From an uncultured Spirochaetota bacterium (GTDB taxonomy: Bacteria > Spirochaetota > Brevinematia > Brevinematales > JAOACQ01), in the NCBI GenBank assembly GCA_963835575.1, contig CAWIGG010000004.1, positions 640,001-704,000 on the forward strand: a stretch of 64,000 bases of DNA, read 5' to 3'. The position numbers and the translations under genes were made by a program. Position 1 is the first letter of the stretch; each line of letters opens with the position of its first letter. This document shows positions 1 to 10,228 of the stretch, piece by piece. The notes under the pieces were generated by a model. It saw only the letters and a program-made list of their open reading frames with translations, had not been told where the DNA came from and ran no database searches.

Positions 1-976
1 CCCCATCGTCAGCATTATTTGATGCGGTTTCTATGCTGGTAATCACCTGCATCGGATTTTGAGGGTCACAGGTTTCAACCGCGTTCACCTTATACCCGAC
101 ATACTGTTTTCCCCGCTTCTCCCGGTAGGTCGCGTCTTCGTCCACCGGCGACTGCATCGATGAGGCTTTGATTTCCCGCGGCAGCTTCAGCGTCACCTTG
201 CCTTCTTTTTCTATCCGGCATTGTTCCCGCAAAAGTCTCATTGCCTGCCGGAAACTCTTTTGTTTCCTGACTTTATTGTGAAACACGTTCTCTGTAATCA
301 GCCCGAATATTTCCTCGCCAATTTCCACCGTTTTCGATTCGTAATTCTCCTTTTTCAGTCGATAACTGAATCCGTCCTCATTTTGTTTTAGAAAATCCTT
401 ACATCTTTCACTTAAGGAAAATCCAGCATTGGAAACATCTTCCGCCATATTGGACAACACTTTATGAAACAGCATAACCCGATTCAGCCGCTTGATATTG
501 GCCCCAATCATTACAGAATCTGTCCTCTGCAGTCCGGTTTTGATCCCGACCTCTCCAATTAAAAGATCCCGAAACTCATCAAATATAACGTCAAAAAGCC
601 CGTCCTGATTCTCCGCCACAGCGGCACGAAAATAGTATAACGTCCTGATCGACATCTGCTGCGCGTTGATGTCTTCCAATCCCAGCGCGTATCGAAACGA
701 TAAATCATATCGATACCGCTCAAACAACTGTTCATCGGTCAGAGAGAATAGCTCTTTCATGATTTCCAGCCCGGCTAATATGTTGACCGGGAAATTACTC
801 CTACCAAGTTTTGGGTCATATAGTGGAGCAAACTTCCGCTCATTTATTTTTGAGAAAACTTTCTGGTAAAAAAGCCCGGCCCAGCTTTCATTTAAACTTT
901 CTCTCATTTCCTGGTTCATTTCATATCTTACCGGATATAAATCCTGTTCTATATGTCTCTGATTCAGCTTGAACAT
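1..976 (-). CDS. DDE transposase, N-terminal part (not in ORF track, runs off the window)
   Basis: Manual translation MFKLNQRHIEQDLYP...SWAGLFYQKVFSKINERKFAPLY...GRSNFPVNILAGLEIMKELFSLTDEQL...FRYALGL...QRTDSVMIGANI...QSPVDEDATYREK...GYK; RBS GAGAGG upstream. Confidence 0.85.
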   Translation of the reverse strand, partial: MFKLNQRHIEQDLYPVRYEMNQEMRESLNESWAGLFYQKVFSKINERKFAPLYDPKLGRSNFPVNILAGLEIMKELFSLTDEQLFERYRYDLSFRYALGLEDINAQQMSIRTLYYFRAAVAENQDGLFDVIFDEFRDLLIGEVGIKTGLQRTDSVMIGANIKRLNRVMLFHKVLSNMAEDVSNAGFSLSERCKDFLKQNEDGFSYRLKKENYESKTVEIGEEIFGLITENVFHNKVRKQKSFRQAMRLLREQCRIEKEGKVTLKLPREIKASSMQSPVDEDATYREKRGKQYVGYKVNAVETCDPQNPMQVITSIETASNNADDG

Positions 977-1066
977 TTTGACCTCTCTCTGATTCATGTG
1001 CATATATTATAACGAGTTATGCAACTTTTGTACATGAATCGGTAGGATTGTTTTTGCAGTAGGGCC
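1..1066 (-). mobile_element. IS element (IS1182/IS5-like DDE), truncated by the window start
   Basis: Minus-strand transposase ORF starting at 976. The putative terminus reads GGCCCTACTGCAAAAA on the minus strand from about 1066. The other end is outside the window, so the boundary is approximate. Confidence 0.75.
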
Positions 1067-1119
1067 ATAAATATTTCATTTATAATATAATTTTAAAGCG
1101 AATAAACTCGAGTTGACAA

Positions 1120-1596
1120 TTAACCTCTAATCAGAGCCACTTTACCTGTTCTTGCCATTTCTTTTATACCATATACTTTAAGAAGATCAATTACAGCGTC
1201 AATTTTCTGTGAATCACCCGTTACTTCAACTGTAAGAGCTTCATGTGAAATATCCACAACTCTCCCTTTAAATACATCCGCTATTTCAATGATTTCCCTT
1301 CTTTTTGCAGAATCAACAACCACTTTAATCAAAGCGAGTTCCCTGGAAATATGCCCCTGTTCCGTAAGGTCTTTAACCTTTATCACATCAATAAGTTTAT
1401 TTAATTGCTTCTTAACCTGGTCAATAACGCGCTCATCCCCGTCCACAACAATAGTCATAATGGAAACAGTCGGATCTTCAGTTTCCGCCACAGCAAGGCT
1501 GGAAATATTAAAACCCCTTGCTGAAAATAAACCCGCCACCCTGGCTAAAACCCCGAAATGGTTTTCTACCAGTACAGAAAGAGTATATTTAATCAT
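1120..1596 (-). CDS. ilvN: Acetolactate synthase small (regulatory) subunit
   Basis: ACT domain [27 protein letters not shown]-terminal MARTG; overlaps the ilvB stop. Confidence 0.96.
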   Translation of the reverse strand: MIKYTLSVLVENHFGVLARVAGLFSARGFNISSLAVAETEDPTVSIMTIVVDGDERVIDQVKKQLNKLIDVIKVKDLTEQGHISRELALIKVVVDSAKRREIIEIADVFKGRVVDISHEALTVEVTGDSQKIDAVIDLLKVYGIKEMARTGKVALIRG

Positions 1597-3305
1597 GCCA
1601 AACCTCCAATCATCTGGGTCAGGCTTGCGCCAGGAGGCACCATAGGATAAACATTTTCTTCTTTACTGATTATCACATCGAGTAAAGCCGGGCCGTCATA
1701 AGCTATCATTTCTTTTAACGCAGGCACCAGTTCGCCGGGTTTTGAAACTCTCCTTCCCCAAAATCCGTAAGCTTCAGCCACTTTGACAAAGTCGGGATAA
1801 TATTTCCCGGTCGATTTATTGTGATCATGCTTTTCAAGTAAAACGGCAGAATAGCGTTTTTTATAAAATAATTCCTGCCATTGCCTGACCATTCCCAGAT
1901 AAGCATTGTCCATAATGACAATTTTTATATTTATATCATTGCTGATAGCCGTTGCTAATTCCTGAATATTCATCTGTATTGAACCGTCGCCGGCAATATT
2001 AAAAACGAGTTTATCCTTTTTGCCGACTTTCGCTCCGATTGAAGCCGGCAGACCGTATCCCATTGTACCCAGACCGCCTGAAGTAAGCAGTGTCCTGGGA
2101 TGCTTAAAATCAAAATATTGAGCTACCCACATCTGGTGCTGCCCCACTTCTGTCGCTATAATGGCTTCACCTTTTGTCAAATCGCTGATTTTTTGAATAA
2201 CAAACTGCGGTTTTATCTCATCATCGCTTCCCAGATATCCCAGCGGATTATCTTTTTTCCAATCTGCAATCTGCTTTGTCCACTCCCCGATATTCAAGGG
2301 TTTTACTTCTTTTATCATCTCTTTTAACACGGCTTTTACATCCCCAACAATAGGCACATCAACAACGACAGTTTTACTGATAGAAGTCGGGTCAATATCA
2401 ATATGTATGATATGAGCATTCCTTGCGAATTCATCAATTTTTCCGGTCACACGGTCATCAAACCGGGCGCCAATCGCAATGATCAGATCTGAATTATGGA
2501 CTGCGTAATTCGCATACATGGTCCCATGCATACCCAGCATACCCAGATAAAGCGGATCATTTATATCGGCAGGATAAGCTCCCAGGCCCATTAACGTACT
2601 GGTGCATGGTATCCCGGTCTGCTTCACAAAATCGATCAATTCTTTTGAAGCATTGCTCAGAATCACTCCGCCGCCGAAGTAAATCAAAGGCTTTTTAACG
2701 GAATCCATCAAGGTTAATGCTTTTTTAATCTGGCCTTTATGGACCTTGACATTAGGATTATAACTCCGGAGATCTAATTTTTCCGGATATTCAAATTCCG
2801 TCTTGCTTGTAAATACATCCTTCGGCAGGTCAATCAGCACCGGGCCGGGTCTTCCTGTGCTTGCGACATAAAATGCTTCTTTAACTATCCGGGCCAGATC
2901 TTTCACATCTTTTACAAGATAATTATGCTTTGTGATGGGCCGTGTTATGCCCGTGATATCCGCTTCCTGAAAAGCATCGCTGCCGATCATAGAAGTGACA
3001 ACCTGCCCGGTCAATGCAATCATAGGTATGGAATCCATATAAGCAGTCGCGATGCCTGTTACCAGGTTTGTCGCCCCTGGTCCGCTTGTGGCAAGGCAAA
3101 CCCCGACTTTCCCTGTTGCTCTCGCATATCCGTCCGCCATATGCGCGGCTCCCTGCTCATGCCGGACATGGATCAGATTTATATCCTTTTCATCATATAA
3201 TTCATCAAATAATGGTATGACTACACCGCCGGGGTAACCAAAGATCGTATCAACGCCTTCCTTTTTCAAGCTTTCAATTAAAATCCTCGCACCATTTAAG
3301 ACCAC
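1593..3305 (-). CDS. ilvB: Acetolactate synthase large subunit, biosynthetic type
   Basis: [30 protein letters not shown] and the TPP motif GDGSIQMN. Start placed at GTG 3305 after the AAGGAGGT RBS. Confidence 0.96.
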   Translation of the reverse strand: MVLNGARILIESLKKEGVDTIFGYPGGVVIPLFDELYDEKDINLIHVRHEQGAAHMADGYARATGKVGVCLATSGPGATNLVTGIATAYMDSIPMIALTGQVVTSMIGSDAFQEADITGITRPITKHNYLVKDVKDLARIVKEAFYVASTGRPGPVLIDLPKDVFTSKTEFEYPEKLDLRSYNPNVKVHKGQIKKALTLMDSVKKPLIYFGGGVILSNASKELIDFVKQTGIPCTSTLMGLGAYPADINDPLYLGMLGMHGTMYANYAVHNSDLIIAIGARFDDRVTGKIDEFARNAHIIHIDIDPTSISKTVVVDVPIVGDVKAVLKEMIKEVKPLNIGEWTKQIADWKKDNPLGYLGSDDEIKPQFVIQKISDLTKGEAIIATEVGQHQMWVAQYFDFKHPRTLLTSGGLGTMGYGLPASIGAKVGKKDKLVFNIAGDGSIQMNIQELATAISNDINIKIVIMDNAYLGMVRQWQELFYKKRYSAVLLEKHDHNKSTGKYYPDFVKVAEAYGFWGRRVSKPGELVPALKEMIAYDGPALLDVIISKEENVYPMVPPGASLTQMIGGLA

Positions 3306-3406
3306 TGCCGACCTCCTTAAAAATAACCGGAGATATATTAAATAATAAAATAAAGATTGTGTCAAACTTTAATTCATACCATCCGGAACCTGAAGTTTAT
3401 AATCCA

Positions 3407-4987
3407 TTATTGATTAGAATAATAATAGAAGAGAAGCTGACCAACCGATATGCCGCTGTCATCAATCGGAATATTTCTCGGCATAAAGAGCTTAAAGCCT
3501 TTTTTGTCGAGTTCCTGATAAATAATCGTTAAAAAATGAGGATGCTTAAAATATTCCCCGGCTAACACAACCTTTTTCTCCTTATGTTTTTTAGAAATCT
3601 TTTCAATAAGCTGTGCTGTCGCTTGTGAAATTGATAATATAACATTACTGATAAGCTGCTGTGCTTCAACCTTAGCCAATATCTCTGAAATCACTACTTT
3701 AAACAGCTGATAAGTATCCACTAAATATTTTCCGTCTTCTTCTATTATTGGGATATCATACGCTTTTCCCGTAAGTTTTTCAACAATTGACTGATCCATC
3801 ATATTTTCAAAGTATTCAAAATCATACGTCGCTTCTTCATAAAAAATGATTTCTCCCAAAGCAGCGATAATATGGTGCATACTCGATGAAAGCGAATAGC
3901 TGATATTTCCCTGATTGATCGCATCAAAAATATAACTGTAATTCGGATTATCCTTGATATGCTTGATGAGAGGCAGCTTTATCGATTCCAGATCGGTTTT
4001 AGTAACTTCCTTCAAAACAGCTAAAGCAATCCTCCAGGGCTCAATATTCGCAATATCCCCGCCGGGAAGCGGAAGAGGTTTCCATCCACCCGCTATTTCC
4101 AGGCTTCCAAGGCTTCCATAAAGAACTTCACTGCCCCGGATCTGATCACTGTCATCATAGCTGATGCTGTCATATACTATTCCAATGCTTTTTTCTTTTA
4201 ATAAATCATTATCATAGAGAACGTTAGCCATATGAGAAAAAATATGATTGACGCTATTAACAACCGGAAACCTTCTTGTATAATCCGATATCATAGAATA
4301 ATTATTATAATCTTTCAGTATTGTAATGTTCTTAAACTTGCCATGCCCTATGATTGAGTTTACCATTATATCCATGGCATCTATTTCATAGAGGTTATCC
4401 AATTCACCAAAATTAGGCGATATGGTTATCTGGTTGTCTTCAAGATAGGATATAGTAAAATCTTTTTCATATCCAAGTGATAAATACTGCTTTTTCTGAT
4501 CTTTTTGATCAATTTCAATGCCATAATAAGAAAAAGGTGAATACGAAACCGGGATCAATTGATTCATACAATAAATATTAAAAGTAGGGCAAAAATCACC
4601 CGTTATTTCAAAAACTTCTTTTTTCCCCGACAGTTCTTCTGATAAAATAAGATAATCAATATTATTATTTTCACTTTTTATTACGGGAAAAACGTTTTCT
4701 TCAAAAAATTTCTTTAAAGCTTCTGTTGCGCACAAACAAACATAAAAAAACCCTCCCTTTTTTGTTATATTACTCATTCCGATTTTAGTAGGAGATGCAA
4801 AAAACGCCATGAACTTTTTTGTTATCGCCTGCGGACTTACTTCAAAATATTTGGTCAGAGTCTTCTCATCAAAAAATAAAATTGTGTTTCGTTCTGCATT
4901 TCTGCTCTTTGATATATCAAGAAGAACGGTAAAGATCCTTCCGGAGGGAAATTTGAGAAATATCGGCTTCATTATAACCTCGCTCAT
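3407..4987 (-). CDS. Divergent HypF-like protein (Kae1/carbamoyltransferase C-terminal domain) lacking the acylphosphatase and Zn-finger domains
   Basis: PLPLPGGDIANIEPWRIAL, HIFSH, GIVYDS, KVVLAG and IPIDDSGISVGQ match HypF motifs in order. Confidence 0.75.
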   Translation of the reverse strand: MSEVIMKPIFLKFPSGRIFTVLLDISKSRNAERNTILFFDEKTLTKYFEVSPQAITKKFMAFFASPTKIGMSNITKKGGFFYVCLCATEALKKFFEENVFPVIKSENNNIDYLILSEELSGKKEVFEITGDFCPTFNIYCMNQLIPVSYSPFSYYGIEIDQKDQKKQYLSLGYEKDFTISYLEDNQITISPNFGELDNLYEIDAMDIMVNSIIGHGKFKNITILKDYNNYSMISDYTRRFPVVNSVNHIFSHMANVLYDNDLLKEKSIGIVYDSISYDDSDQIRGSEVLYGSLGSLEIAGGWKPLPLPGGDIANIEPWRIALAVLKEVTKTDLESIKLPLIKHIKDNPNYSYIFDAINQGNISYSLSSSMHHIIAALGEIIFYEEATYDFEYFENMMDQSIVEKLTGKAYDIPIIEEDGKYLVDTYQLFKVVISEILAKVEAQQLISNVILSISQATAQLIEKISKKHKEKKVVLAGEYFKHPHFLTIIYQELDKKGFKLFMPRNIPIDDSGISVGQLLFYYYSNQ

Positions 4988-5084
4988 ATATTTTAATAGC
5001 TATTTTATTTAAATCAAGATTTAACATAATAAAACTTTCTATAAGGAAACATTTTTCTATATATGGTTTAATACAATGATCTTC

Positions 5085-6977
5085 TTAGTTCGTTTTTATT
5101 TTTATTATTAATAAATCATTTTTTGGATTTATATCATATCCTTTTGAATAGAATTTTTTTGCTTCTTCTTTATTGCCCATTTTCTCATAGATCATGCCTA
5201 TGTGGTAATAAATTTCATCCAGTCCTTCCTGGCTCCTTTCCTGTGAAATCTGATATAAGATCTGATTAAATATTTCAAATGATTTGTTATAATCCTCTTT
5301 TTGGAAATAAATCCAGCCGAGGGTATCCAGATAGGCGAAATTTTCGGGATGCGATAAAAGTGAAAGATTGACAAGGCGGAGCGCCTCATCCAGTTTTGTT
5401 TTTTCAATAGCGTATATATAAGCAAGAAGATTATTCATTTCTGCGCTGTGCTCATCATACTTAATACCATTCTCCAGGTATTCCATTGCCTTTTTTGTAT
5501 TCTTCATTTCAAAATAGCTTGTTCCCAGAAAGAAATACAGCTTCGCTTCCTTTCCGTCCGCTTTTAACGCTTCTTCAAAATCCCGGATTGCTTCAGTATA
5601 CCTTTTGTTTTCAAAATGGATCAAACCGGAATAAAAATAAACCTGAAAAAGATCGCTTTTCTTGCCGGCATCTTCTTTTGCCTTTTTCAGCATTTGCCCG
5701 GCCATTTCCATATTATTAATTCTGTAATACATGTCTGAGATTCTAATCAATGCCTGTATTTTAAACTCATCGCTGGCGGGATGCTGAAGATATTTATTAT
5801 AGAATATAATTGCATTTGTATAATCGTTCTTATCATCATAAAGCGAACCGATCAGCCAGTATACAGACGGAATGGAATTTGTATTATCCTGCAGTATTTT
5901 AAAATACTGTATTGCCATATCGATTCTACCGGCTTCCTTCGCTTTATTCCCGATAAAAAAAGCCTGCTGAGTGGCCTTGATATGGTCTCCTATCGCTTCA
6001 TAGTTTAAATAGTAAAGATAGAGTGAATAAAAATCAACTACCTTTTTTTCTGCAATAGAACGGTCCAATTCTTTAACGGAATTGTCATACTCTTTTTTTA
6101 AATAATAATCAATCGACTGAAGAAAGGCGGACCTGTCCTTGTTTTCATTAATAATATTCGTAAGTTCGGCGGACTTTTTCATAAATAAAACCCCGCCGTA
6201 CAAATCGATCACATCTTCACTTCTATAAAAATCCGGAATGAGCTCAAAGTTTTCAATTGCCTTATCATATTCCAGAATGTTTGCATAGGTAAAAGCTATT
6301 GCTTTTATCAGGTCGTAATCTTTAGAATATATATCTTTGGCTTTTTCCAGGTATTGTATCGCGTATTGAAAATCCTGTTCCATCAGCGCTATTATTCCCA
6401 GAGTATAATAAGCCCGGTATGCCGCCATTAATTCAAATTCCTTATTGGTTATTGGCGCCGCTATGACTTTCTGCAGATAATATGCCGCCTGCCCGTACCG
6501 TTTATTGACATAGTAATAATCGCCGAGGTAATAATTGGCGAAAATATCCATTTCGTCAATTTCAAGTATTTTTTGCAGGGCATTCACATATTCCACAACC
6601 AGGCCCTGATTTCTGGCCGAATCGGTGTAATAATACAGTATTTTTTTATCATTTGTATAAATGCTAATAGCTTCTTTGATATAATTCATCTCATCTTTGT
6701 ATAAATCTTTTACCAAATTATTGCCGGAGGATAATGTCCCGATTTTTGAAGTATAGGCTTCCAGAAGCGAATAATAGACATACTTATCCTTAACCTGATG
6801 AGATATCAGATATTGATACTTTTTTATTGCTTCATCATATTTACCTTCTGAAGAAAGCTGTACAGCTTCGGCAAAGATCATCTCTGTTTCATTTGAGCGC
6901 TTATCTTCATCAGATTCTGAAAAAGCCAGAGTATTTATGATAATGAGAGATATTAATACAAAAAATGTTCTTTTCAT
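5085..6977 (-). CDS. Secreted tetratricopeptide repeat protein
   Basis: Signal peptide; many TPR units; C-terminal NNLLAY...AYLDTLGWIYF motif. Confidence 0.85.
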   Translation of the reverse strand: MKRTFFVLISLIIINTLAFSESDEDKRSNETEMIFAEAVQLSSEGKYDEAIKKYQYLISHQVKDKYVYYSLLEAYTSKIGTLSSGNNLVKDLYKDEMNYIKEAISIYTNDKKILYYYTDSARNQGLVVEYVNALQKILEIDEMDIFANYYLGDYYYVNKRYGQAAYYLQKVIAAPITNKEFELMAAYRAYYTLGIIALMEQDFQYAIQYLEKAKDIYSKDYDLIKAIAFTYANILEYDKAIENFELIPDFYRSEDVIDLYGGVLFMKKSAELTNIINENKDRSAFLQSIDYYLKKEYDNSVKELDRSIAEKKVVDFYSLYLYYLNYEAIGDHIKATQQAFFIGNKAKEAGRIDMAIQYFKILQDNTNSIPSVYWLIGSLYDDKNDYTNAIIFYNKYLQHPASDEFKIQALIRISDMYYRINNMEMAGQMLKKAKEDAGKKSDLFQVYFYSGLIHFENKRYTEAIRDFEEALKADGKEAKLYFFLGTSYFEMKNTKKAMEYLENGIKYDEHSAEMNNLLAYIYAIEKTKLDEALRLVNLSLLSHPENFAYLDTLGWIYFQKEDYNKSFEIFNQILYQISQERSQEGLDEIYYHIGMIYEKMGNKEEAKKFYSKGYDINPKNDLLIIKIKTN

Positions 6978-6979
6978 GA

Positions 6980-7642
6980 TTAACCTCTGAAACCAAGAAT
7001 AGTCAGTATAAAATACGCCAGATTTGTAAAAAGATAACCGGCCGGTTTAAAAATAAACTGGCCTATCGGCGTTGTAAAAAGCAGGAATAAAATACCTAAA
7101 AAAGCCTTTTCCCTTCCCCTGACAATATTGGTAATTTTTTCAGAAATGCTGACCGGTAGAATATTCACAACAAAATTATAGCCGTCCAGGGGAGGTATGG
7201 GCAATATATTGAGATAAATAAGTATAAAGTTCGTCGCGGCCAGGTCAATAAAAACATTCATTTTTGTAAATGTATAAACAACGATCATAAAGAAGAGCAT
7301 AATAAAATTAGCTGTGACGCCGGCCAGCGATACAGTTATTTCACCCCATCTCCTGTTAATAAAAAGATCGGGGTTGACAGGCACAGGCTTGGCCCAGCCG
7401 ATAATAATGCTCGAACCTGAAATAATCTTAAATAAAAAACCTGCTGCAGGCAGAATAATACTTCCAAGCATATCTATATGGGGCAGAGGATTAATTGTTA
7501 TCCGGCCCATTTTTTTTGCGGTATCATCGCCGAAAAGGTAAGCAGCAAAACCATGGGCAATTTCATGAAAAATGATACTGTATATAAAAAGAACGGCATA
7601 AATAACAAAATAGAGAATTTTCGGATAGAGATTTTCCAGCAT
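6980..7642 (-). CDS. Site-2 protease family (M50) membrane metalloprotease
   Basis: HEIAH, GWAKPVPVNP and NILPIPPLDG motifs; hydrophobic. Confidence 0.92.
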   Translation of the reverse strand: MLENLYPKILYFVIYAVLFIYSIIFHEIAHGFAAYLFGDDTAKKMGRITINPLPHIDMLGSIILPAAGFLFKIISGSSIIIGWAKPVPVNPDLFINRRWGEITVSLAGVTANFIMLFFMIVVYTFTKMNVFIDLAATNFILIYLNILPIPPLDGYNFVVNILPVSISEKITNIVRGREKAFLGILFLLFTTPIGQFIFKPAGYLFTNLAYFILTILGFRG

Positions 7643-7852
7643 AACATCTTCCTTAATTATAAATCATATCATAGAGCTGAAATTTTATCAAAATGAGGAA
7701 AGAGATACTTTTCAGAATGGAAATGAAAAGAATAAGCTGATTCTTCTAAAATACCCCTGGTCATAATAAAAAACTGATAAGACACTATTCAAGCTTCAAA
7801 TATTTAGCACTATTTAGCTATATCAATATAAATAAACTCTATGAATTAAATC

Positions 7853-7925
7853 AGCCACCGAGCGGGCTTGAACCGCTGACCTATTGATTACGAATCAATT
7901 GCTCTACCAGCTGAGCTACGGTGGC
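7853..7925 (-). tRNA. tRNA-Thr(CGT)
   Basis: Reverse complement GCCACCGTAGCTCAGCTGGTAGAGCAATTGATTCGTAATCAATAGGTCAGCGGTTCAAGCCCGCTCGGTGGCT folds as a cloverleaf with anticodon CGT; CCA not encoded. Confidence 0.96.
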
Positions 7926-8081
7926 AAGGATCCTATTTCATGATTTTATAAGACATTATTTTATCATAATTTTGACTCTTACGCAAAAAGTTATTGCCCT
8001 TGGATTATTCTAATAAAAAAACCTTTGATTTTTTTTAAATGCCGTTTATAATAAGAATAATAAAAGACGAAGGAGGGAAAA

Positions 8082-9089
8082 ATGCCTCAGCTTCGACAGA
8101 ATATTGTATTAAAGGAATGGGTCATTATCGCCACAGAAAGGGCAAAGAGGCCCGAGCAGCTTAAAGAAGATAAAAATATATCTGTAGAACGATATCCCGA
8201 ATATGACGAGAATTGTCCTTTCTGCCCCGGTAATGAAAAAAAATCGGGAAATACAGTAGAATTGTACAGGATAGGCAGCCAGAAAGACTGGAAATTAAAG
8301 GTCATTCCCAATAAATTCCCTGCTTTACAGCCTGAAGATGATGATATTCATGTCAATACATCAGGATATTTTCGCTGGATGGATGGAATAGGAAACCATG
8401 AAGTCCTGATTGAATCACCCAAACATAACATGACTCTTGCGACAATGGAAATACCGGAAGTTCTGGATGTTTTGAAAACATACCATCTCCGCATCAGCGA
8501 ATTGATTGAGCTGCCTTATATCGAGTCAGTAATCCCTTTTAGAAACCATGGAACAAGAGCCGGTGCATCCCTGATCCATCCGCATTCCCAAATAATCGCT
8601 CTCCCTGTCATACCAAGAGACGTAATTGCCCGTATGAATGAAAGCATCCGCCATCATGAGGAGCACAGGGAATGCATCTTCTGCAGAATGATAAAGTGCG
8701 AACTTGAATCACAGGAAAGGATTGTTTTCGATTCGCCTCATTTTACTGTTTTTGTCCCGTATGCGGCGTATTCACCGTTCGCCATGTGGCTTTTCCCAAA
8801 AAGGCATGCCTCTTCCTTCCTAGATGCGACAGAGGAAGAGCTGAGCGATCTTGCTATTGTCCTTCGTCAGGTATTAAGAAAACTTTATTTCGGATTAAAT
8901 GATCCGGATTACAATTACATTATCCGTTCTTCTCCTAAAGGCTACAGGAAACTGGCTTTTTTCCACTGGTATATTACAATTGTCCCCCGCTTAACAAGAA
9001 CAGCCGGGTTCGAACTCGGGTCCGGTATGTTTATCAATCCCAGCATACCAGAGGAAAACGCCGAATATCTAAGGAATTTCCAGGTTTAG
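8082..9089 (+). CDS. galT: Galactose-1-phosphate uridylyltransferase
   Basis: ERAKRP, CPFCPGNE, NKFPAL and the catalytic HPHSQ in GASLIHPHSQ. Confidence 0.93.
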   Translation: MPQLRQNIVLKEWVIIATERAKRPEQLKEDKNISVERYPEYDENCPFCPGNEKKSGNTVELYRIGSQKDWKLKVIPNKFPALQPEDDDIHVNTSGYFRWMDGIGNHEVLIESPKHNMTLATMEIPEVLDVLKTYHLRISELIELPYIESVIPFRNHGTRAGASLIHPHSQIIALPVIPRDVIARMNESIRHHEEHRECIFCRMIKCELESQERIVFDSPHFTVFVPYAAYSPFAMWLFPKRHASSFLDATEEELSDLAIVLRQVLRKLYFGLNDPDYNYIIRSSPKGYRKLAFFHWYITIVPRLTRTAGFELGSGMFINPSIPEENAEYLRNFQV

Positions 9090-9100
9090 AGAGGATTTAA

Positions 9101-10213
9101 ATGAAATTTGATTATTGTATTGTCGGAGCAGGTTTTTCAGGAAGCGTTATCGCAGAAAGGGCGGCGAATGTTCTCAATAAAACCGTTCTTATAATTGAGG
9201 CCAGGAATCACATCGGCGGAAATGCCTTCGACAGATATGATCCATACGGTATTTTAATACAGCCATACGGACCTCATATTTTTCATACCTCTTCCCAGGA
9301 AGTCTGGAATTATCTTTCCAAATACACCAAATGGAATATTTATCACCATGAAGTCCTTGCTTTGATTGAAGGTAAAAAAGTCCCAATACCATTTAATTTA
9401 AATACGCTTCACATATTATATCCGACTTCGCTGGCTGATAAGCTTGAGAAAAAGCTTATCGATAATTACGGTTTTGGGAAAAAAATCACTATCCTGGAAT
9501 TAAAAAAATCTGATGATAAGGACTTAAAGTCATTGGCGGAATATGTTTATGAAAAAGTCTTTCTCAATTACACCATAAAACAATGGGACCTCAAACCGGA
9601 AGAATTATCACCCGCTGTAACAGGACGCGTCCCGGTTTTTATCAGCAGGGACAACCGCTATTTTCAGGACCCCTATCAGGGAATGCCGCAAACTGGCTTT
9701 ACGCAGATTTTCGAAAGCATGCTCTCTCATAAAAATATAAAAATAATGCTCAACACAAATTTTCAGGAGATAAAAAAGGACATAAGTTATAAGAAACTGA
9801 TCTTTACCGGTCCGATCGATTCCTATTATGATTATAAATTTGATAAATTACCTTACCGTTCCCTTGACTTCGAATGGATACACCTTGACCAGGATTATTT
9901 CCAGGAAGCAAGCGTCATCAATTACCCTAATGATTATCAATTCACAAGAATTACAGAATTCAAACGCCTTACATCGCAGAAATGTCCTTCCACAACAATC
10001 ATAAAAGAATACTCCAAAGCATGCGAAAAGGAAAACGATATTCCCTATTATCCGATCCCGAAGGATGAATATTTGGCCCTCTATAAAAAATACGAAAATG
10101 AAGCGAAAAAAGAAGCTGATACCATCTTCCTTGGACGGCTCGGCACATATAGCTATATTAACATGGATATTGCCGTATTAAACGCCTTGAAGATGTTTGA
10201 AAAGCTCAAATAA
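9101..10213 (+). CDS. glf: UDP-galactopyranose mutase
   Basis: VGAGFSG, HIGGN, YGPHIFHT, PYYPIP and GRLGTYSYINMD. Confidence 0.96.
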   Translation: MKFDYCIVGAGFSGSVIAERAANVLNKTVLIIEARNHIGGNAFDRYDPYGILIQPYGPHIFHTSSQEVWNYLSKYTKWNIYHHEVLALIEGKKVPIPFNLNTLHILYPTSLADKLEKKLIDNYGFGKKITILELKKSDDKDLKSLAEYVYEKVFLNYTIKQWDLKPEELSPAVTGRVPVFISRDNRYFQDPYQGMPQTGFTQIFESMLSHKNIKIMLNTNFQEIKKDISYKKLIFTGPIDSYYDYKFDKLPYRSLDFEWIHLDQDYFQEASVINYPNDYQFTRITEFKRLTSQKCPSTTIIKEYSKACEKENDIPYYPIPKDEYLALYKKYENEAKKEADTIFLGRLGTYSYINMDIAVLNALKMFEKLK

Positions 10214-10228
10214 TTTCTAATAATAATT

